Shown: positions 59,189 to 64,000 of the stretch, piece after piece | How positions within the stretch are numbered: position 1 is the first letter of the stretch | Layout of the letters: every line of letters starts with the position of its first letter | Source of the DNA: Planctomycetota bacterium | Lineage (GTDB): Bacteria; Planctomycetota; JAJSAM01; JAJVHW01 | DNA length: 64,000 bases | Direction: 5' to 3' | Assembly: GCA_965248445.1 (NCBI GenBank) | Contig: CBDFJG010000003.1 | Coordinates: 1,696,001 to 1,760,000, forward strand | Notes under the pieces: generated by a model | Database searches by the model: none | Seen by the model: the letters and a program-made list of their open reading frames with translations, nothing else | What the model was told of the DNA's origin: nothing | Position numbers and translations under genes: made by a program

Positions 59189-59772
59189 GACCTGCGGAAG
59201 CCCGCGAACAGACCGGCGCCGGAGGTCACCCCGGACGGCAGGCTGCCCTTGATGAACTCGAGGAACTGACCGCCCTTGCCTTCGAGGGAATCGGCGAGCG
59301 CCTTCAGATCGTCGGACCACGTCTCGAACGGCAGGTCCAACACGCCGAGCGCGTTCAGCGCGAACAACCCGCCTGTGACGGTGAGCAGCACGATGATCCC
59401 GACCTTGATCGCCTTGCGCATCAGGTACGCGACCAGGAAGGCGATGAGGAAGCTCAGCCCGCACTTCATCAGGAATCCGGAGACCCCGGACCAGACCTTC
59501 GATTCGGTCTCTTCCGTGTCCGCCTCGCCCGCGACCTCTATCGGCGCGACCTCCATGAGAGCCGGATGCAACTCGGAGTTCGCGCGCTCGTTCGCCTCGG
59601 TCGGTGAGAACGTGTCGCCCCAGCCGCCGAACACCGTGCGAACGCCGATCCCTGCGATGAGCGCGAACACGGCCAGGCGCAGCATGCCTTTGCGCCACCA
59701 CGAGAACTCGGAGTAGTCCTCGCGCCAGCCGGCTACCCACTCAGTCGGGTTCACGATGTCGGAAAGTCCCAT
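59185..59772 (-). CDS. FUN14-family membrane protein
   Basis: GLSFLIAFLVAY.MRKAIK...L...GVL and C-terminal LPSG...AGLFAGF. Confidence 0.75.
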   Translation of the reverse strand: MGLSDIVNPTEWVAGWREDYSEFSWWRKGMLRLAVFALIAGIGVRTVFGGWGDTFSPTEANERANSELHPALMEVAPIEVAGEADTEETESKVWSGVSGFLMKCGLSFLIAFLVAYLMRKAIKVGIIVLLTVTGGLFALNALGVLDLPFETWSDDLKALADSLEGKGGQFLEFIKGSLPSGVTSGAGLFAGFRRS

Positions 59773-59830
59773 CGGCGGGAGTCTCTCCGCCTGCCGCCCG
59801 CACCCGTAGACTTTCCGGCGAGGAGGGGGC

Positions 59831-61213
59831 ATGCCCGCCATTCCCGTCGTGGTCACCGGCGTCGGCCCGGTCAGCGCTATCGGTTGCGGTCGCAACGCGT
59901 TCTGGGACGCGTTGGTCGCCGGTCGTCACGGGTTCGGGCCCGTCACGCTCTGCGATGTCTCGAAGTCTCCGGCCAAGATCGGCGCTGAGATCGAGGACTT
60001 CCGCCTGGAGCATTACGTGGTGAAGGGCGGCTTGATGGCCCGACACACTCCTCGCCCCGTGCAGATCGGCCTGGCCGCGGCGGTGCTCGCGCTGCACGAC
60101 GCGGAACTCGACCTCGACGGCTGCGATCCGGACCGCCTGGGCGTCCACGTCGGGACGTCGATCGGGAACATGGGCGACGTCATCGCGCTGACGGAGCGAT
60201 ACGGGCGGACGGGCGGCCTGCCGCCCCACGCCGCGTTCCATGCGTTCTCGCACTCGACCGCCTGCGTGTTGTCGTCATTCTTCAACATCCGCGGGCCCAT
60301 CCACACGACCACGTCCGGCTGCAATTCGGGGCTCGACGCCCTCGGCCAGTCGATGCGGATGATCCAGGTTGGAGCGGTCGACGCGATGCTGGTCGTCGGC
60401 ACCGATTGCGAACTCGTGCCCGAGGTGATGGCTGCGCTGAACGCGTCGGGGTCGCTCGCGACGACGTTCAACGACGACCCCGGGCGCGCCTCCCGGCCGT
60501 TCGACCGCGATCGAGACGGCAACGTGATCGGGGAGGGCGCGGCCGCGCTGCTCCTCGAGTCCGAGCCGCACGCGGCGGCTCGCAGTGCGCGCATGTACGC
60601 ACGCATGAAGGGCTACAGCGTGTGCGCGGCGGGGCAGAACCGCCAGTACAGCCACGACTCGCCGGAGGTCGACATCCGGCCGTGCGCGCGCGCGTTCCGC
60701 GGCGCGATGGGCGAGGCCGGCTGGAAGCTCGGTGACGTGGACGTCATCAACGCGAACGGGTCCTCGTCCAAGATCTACGACCGGATGGAGTCCCTCGCAC
60801 TCGCGGAGACGTTCGGCGATGCGCTCCCGCTCATCCCGTTGCACTCGCAGAAGTCGATGCTGGGACAACATGGCGCAGGATCCAGCGCGCTGCAGGCGGT
60901 CGCAGCTTGCTTGACCCTGCGCCGCGGCACGATCTTCCCTACCATCAACCACGACAACCCCGATCCCGAGTGCGCGCCGATGCGCGTCATCACGGAGCCG
61001 ATCGATCTCTGGCCCCGCACTGCGTTGGTCCACTCGATCGGCCTTGGCGGCTTCTACTATTCGGTGGGCGCGTTCGAGACGACGCGTGACGACGACGCAG
61101 CGGTCACCGGCATCCACCAGGTCAAGTGGAGCGAACTGCAACACAAGCGCTTCAAGCCGGCCGACGAGTTCCAGAAGATGCTCGAGCCATGGGAGGCGCG
61201 CAGCGACGACTGA
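59831..61213 (+). CDS. FabF-like beta-ketoacyl synthase with a non-canonical active site
   Basis: VVVTGVG.VS.IG, SGCNSG, SRPFDRDRDG.VIGEGA, INANGSSS, KSMLGQH. Confidence 0.88.
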   Translation: MPAIPVVVTGVGPVSAIGCGRNAFWDALVAGRHGFGPVTLCDVSKSPAKIGAEIEDFRLEHYVVKGGLMARHTPRPVQIGLAAAVLALHDAELDLDGCDPDRLGVHVGTSIGNMGDVIALTERYGRTGGLPPHAAFHAFSHSTACVLSSFFNIRGPIHTTTSGCNSGLDALGQSMRMIQVGAVDAMLVVGTDCELVPEVMAALNASGSLATTFNDDPGRASRPFDRDRDGNVIGEGAAALLLESEPHAAARSARMYARMKGYSVCAAGQNRQYSHDSPEVDIRPCARAFRGAMGEAGWKLGDVDVINANGSSSKIYDRMESLALAETFGDALPLIPLHSQKSMLGQHGAGSSALQAVAACLTLRRGTIFPTINHDNPDPECAPMRVITEPIDLWPRTALVHSIGLGGFYYSVGAFETTRDDDAAVTGIHQVKWSELQHKRFKPADEFQKMLEPWEARSDD

Positions 61214-61915
61214 CTACTGCGGGTTCGTGGCCCAGAGCGTGGCGTCGGTCACGAAGCCGCGGTCGTGCAGTGCGAGCAGTTCCACGATCACGTGCGCGAC
61301 GTCCTCGGAGTGGAGCTTGCTCGGGTTGTCGGGGCGGGGATTGTCGCCTGTGCGACCGAACTCGGTGATGACCTCGCTCGGGTTGACCTGCATGACCCGG
61401 ACGTCCTGCTTGCGGAGTTCCGCCCGCCAACACTCCGTCAACGCCGACAGTGCGAACTTGCTGGCTGCGTATGCGGTGCCCCCCGGGAAGCCCTTGTTGG
61501 CCGCCGTGGAGCCGATGTTGACGATGCTCCCGCCGCCGTGGGCCACGAAGTGCTGCGCCGACTCGCGCGCGACCAGCATCGCGCCGACCACGTTCACCCG
61601 CAGCACCTCCGCCATCCGGTCCGGATCGCAGTCGAGGAGCGGCGCGAAGTAGCCGATCGCAGCGTTGTTGATCAGGACGTTGTATCCGCCGAGTTGCTCG
61701 ACGGTCGCGGCGACGAGTCGCTGCACGTCGCCGAGGTCGCTCACGTCCGCTTGGATCGCGGCGACTCCGAACTCCGAGGCGGCGGCATGCAGCGGCCCCT
61801 GGCGTCGTCCGCACACCGCTACCTTGGCTCCGCGGTCGGCGAGCAGCCGCGCCGTGGCGAGTCCGATGCCGGTCCCGCCGCCGGTCACCAGTACCTTCGC
61901 GTCGTTGATCTCCAT
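61214..61915 (-). CDS. Short-chain dehydrogenase/reductase
   Basis: TGGGTGIG, NNAA, S...YAASK. Confidence 0.94.
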   Translation of the reverse strand: MEINDAKVLVTGGGTGIGLATARLLADRGAKVAVCGRRQGPLHAAASEFGVAAIQADVSDLGDVQRLVAATVEQLGGYNVLINNAAIGYFAPLLDCDPDRMAEVLRVNVVGAMLVARESAQHFVAHGGGSIVNIGSTAANKGFPGGTAYAASKFALSALTECWRAELRKQDVRVMQVNPSEVITEFGRTGDNPRPDNPSKLHSEDVAHVIVELLALHDRGFVTDATLWATNPQ

Positions 61916-62057
61916 CGCCCCTCCTACGTCGGCCGCATTGCGGCCGTTGACACTGGCCCGGGTCCACAGAAGTGGAACACAATGCCGGTGAGAGGGGGGT
62001 GAGATGAAGCGTCGGCTCCTACGTGGCGTGCGATCAGCGTGAAGTAGACGGCTCCAG

Positions 62058-63678
62058 CTACTTCGCCTGCCGGTCGTCCATGTTGCGGGCGTCCGCGACG
62101 AGCTTCAGGAACTCGGCGCGGTAGCCGTGCTCGTCCGTCCCCATGGCGCCCTGTGCCATCTCGCGGACGGAGTCGTATGTGGCGCTGCCACTGTGTCCGC
62201 TGCCGCGCAGCACCATGCCGAACGAGGCGACCGACGCTGCGAAGCGGAAGTCGGCAGACGCCGACTGCCACGCGTTGCCGGGATCCTGCACGGCGTAGCT
62301 GAGGAGCTTGCTGGTCGCGCCCTGGGGGTCCTTGTAGCGCAGCTTCACGGTCATCAACTCGCCGGTGCCGGATGCGCGTGTCGGGTGGCGGCCGGTCTGG
62401 TACTTGAGGGGGTCAACCTCGGGATCGATCGTGTTCGCGCCGGGAGGGACGATCTCGTAGAGCGCGGTCACCGAGTGGCCGGCGCCAATCTCGCCCGCGT
62501 CCTTCTTGTCGTCGTTGAAGTCGCGCGCGGCCAGCATCCGATTCTCGTATCCGATCAGCCGGTACGCGGCGACGTGCGATGGGTTGAACTCAACCTGGAT
62601 CTTCACGTCCTTGGCGACCGTCACGAGCGTGCCGCCGGCCTCCTGGACGAGCACCTTGCGGGCCTCGGCGAGCGAGTCGATGTACGCGTAGTTGCCGTTG
62701 CCCTTGTCGGCCAGCTTCTCCATCGTGGAGGTCCTTGACGTTCCCCGTGCCGAAGCCGAGGACGGTCAGGAAGATCCCGCTCTCCCGCTCCTTCTCGATC
62801 AGCCGTACGAGTTCTCCCTGATTCGTGGTGCCGACGTTGAAATCGCCGTCCGTGGCCAGGATCACGCGGTTGATGCCGTCGGACTGGAAGCCCTCGCGGG
62901 CCAGCGCGTACGCACGCTGGATGCCCTCGCCGCCGTTGGTCGAGCCGCCGGCGTTCAGCGCCTCGAGGGCGTCGCGGAGGCGTGTCTTCTCGACGCCCTC
63001 GGCGTTCTCGAGCACGACACCCGCGGCGCCCGCGTAGACCACGATCGAGATGCGGTCCTCGGGGCGGAGGTTGTCCACGAGCAGCGGCAGCGCCTTCTTG
63101 AGCAAGGGGAGCTTGGCGCTGCTCGCCATCGAGCCGGAGACGTCGAGAAGGAACACGAGATTGCGGGGCGGCACGTTTTCGTCACTGATGTGGCGTGCCT
63201 GCAGTCCGATGCGCGCTAGACGGTGTGCGGGCTCCCACGGGCAGGCCGCGGCCTCGGTCGTGACCGCGAACGGCGCAGAGCCGTCCGGTTCCGCGTAGGC
63301 GTAGCTGAAGTAGTTGACCATCTCCTCGATGCGCACGGCGTCGGGGGGCGGTAGCGCGCCGTCGTGGAGGAAGCGGCGCACGTTCGCGTAGGAGGCCGTG
63401 TCGACGTCGATCGAGAACGTGGAGAGCGGCTTGTCGAGGGGGGAGTGGAACGGGTTCTCGTCGATCTTGTCGTATGCCTCGGTGTTCATCGCCCGGTCGA
63501 CGTCCTGGACGCCGGCGATCATCCCGGGCTGGTGCGCAGTCGCGTACTTGAGCGACATGCGGGCGACGGGCGGGGAAGCTGCGGGGGCACCCGCACCGGC
63601 ATCGGTTCCGGATCCACATCCGGGTACGGCGACGGCGGCGAGCGTGACAGCGGCGAGAACGCGGGCGGCGACGTGCAT
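62058..63678 (-). CDS. YfbK-like vWA-domain lipoprotein (vWF_A/VWA/DUF3520), 1-nt frameshift at ~62731
   Basis: VPGC lipobox; STFSIDVDTASY, DVSGSM MIDAS, ATDGDFNVG; removing one C gives KDSTMEKLADKGNGNYAYID. Confidence 0.9.
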
Positions 63679-63840
63679 CGTGGTTCCTCCTACACGGAGT
63701 TAGATGCGCGAGGTCACCGCTCGTTCACGGGAAAACCGCCGTTCGTACACACATGTCGACTGCGCACGCCCGAGACGTGCTCAGCGGTCGGGCGCGTGGA
63801 CCGTAGAATCCGCCTTCCGGCCGCTCAGGAGGCGCCGCGC

Positions 63841-64000
63841 ATGCCGAAGCTGATCATCGAGACGCCCGACGAAGACCCCATCGCCCACGATCTGGTCGGC
63901 CCGGTGACGCTCGGGCGCAGCGCCGAGGCCGACATCACCGTCTTGGACCGCAAGATGTCGCGCGAGCACTGCGGCTTCCAGTCGCACCTCGGAATGTGGC
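63841..64000 (+). CDS. FHA-domain protein (5' part only)
   Basis: AGGAGG RBS; VTLGRS..ADI...D..MSREHC. Confidence 0.8.
   Translation, partial: MPKLIIETPDEDPIAHDLVGPVTLGRSAEADITVLDRKMSREHCGFQSHLGMW

Noticed and set aside
1..64000. CRISPR array, rRNA or a recognisable defence operon
   Set aside because: No regularly spaced repeats, rRNA-like sequence or cas/RM/retron-type genes were seen by eye

Overview
GC-rich bacterial chromosome segment. The gene mix (PEP-CTERM, Ser/Thr kinase-RDD, DUF4388/TPR, FHA, carboxypeptidase-regulatory-like repeats) suggests an uncultured Planctomycetota-like lineage, which is an inference. The core genes are clpS, mutM (fused to a GNAT domain), typA, rlmN, XPB helicase with its partner, suhB, dacB, galE, glyQ/glyS, aroA, purC, purE and mtnA. 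Three accessory zones interrupt them. (1) An IS1380 + IS1595 stack at 1.8-4.6 kb. (2) A decayed integrative island at 25.8-30.4 kb, bounded by an IS66 and a half tRNA-Leu(CAA). It holds a tyrosine-integrase fragment and two unrelated cargo genes that share the same structured leader of about 150 bp. (3) A nest of three ISs at CTAG sites (51.2-55.1 kb), followed by a phage/ICE remnant (55.1-58.6 kb) with a divergent XRE / four-HTH pair and three tandem operator-like palindromes. Several genes carry small indels, probably sequencing or assembly errors. No CRISPR array, rRNA or intact tRNA was seen. All family assignments come from motif recognition by eye; no database search was run.
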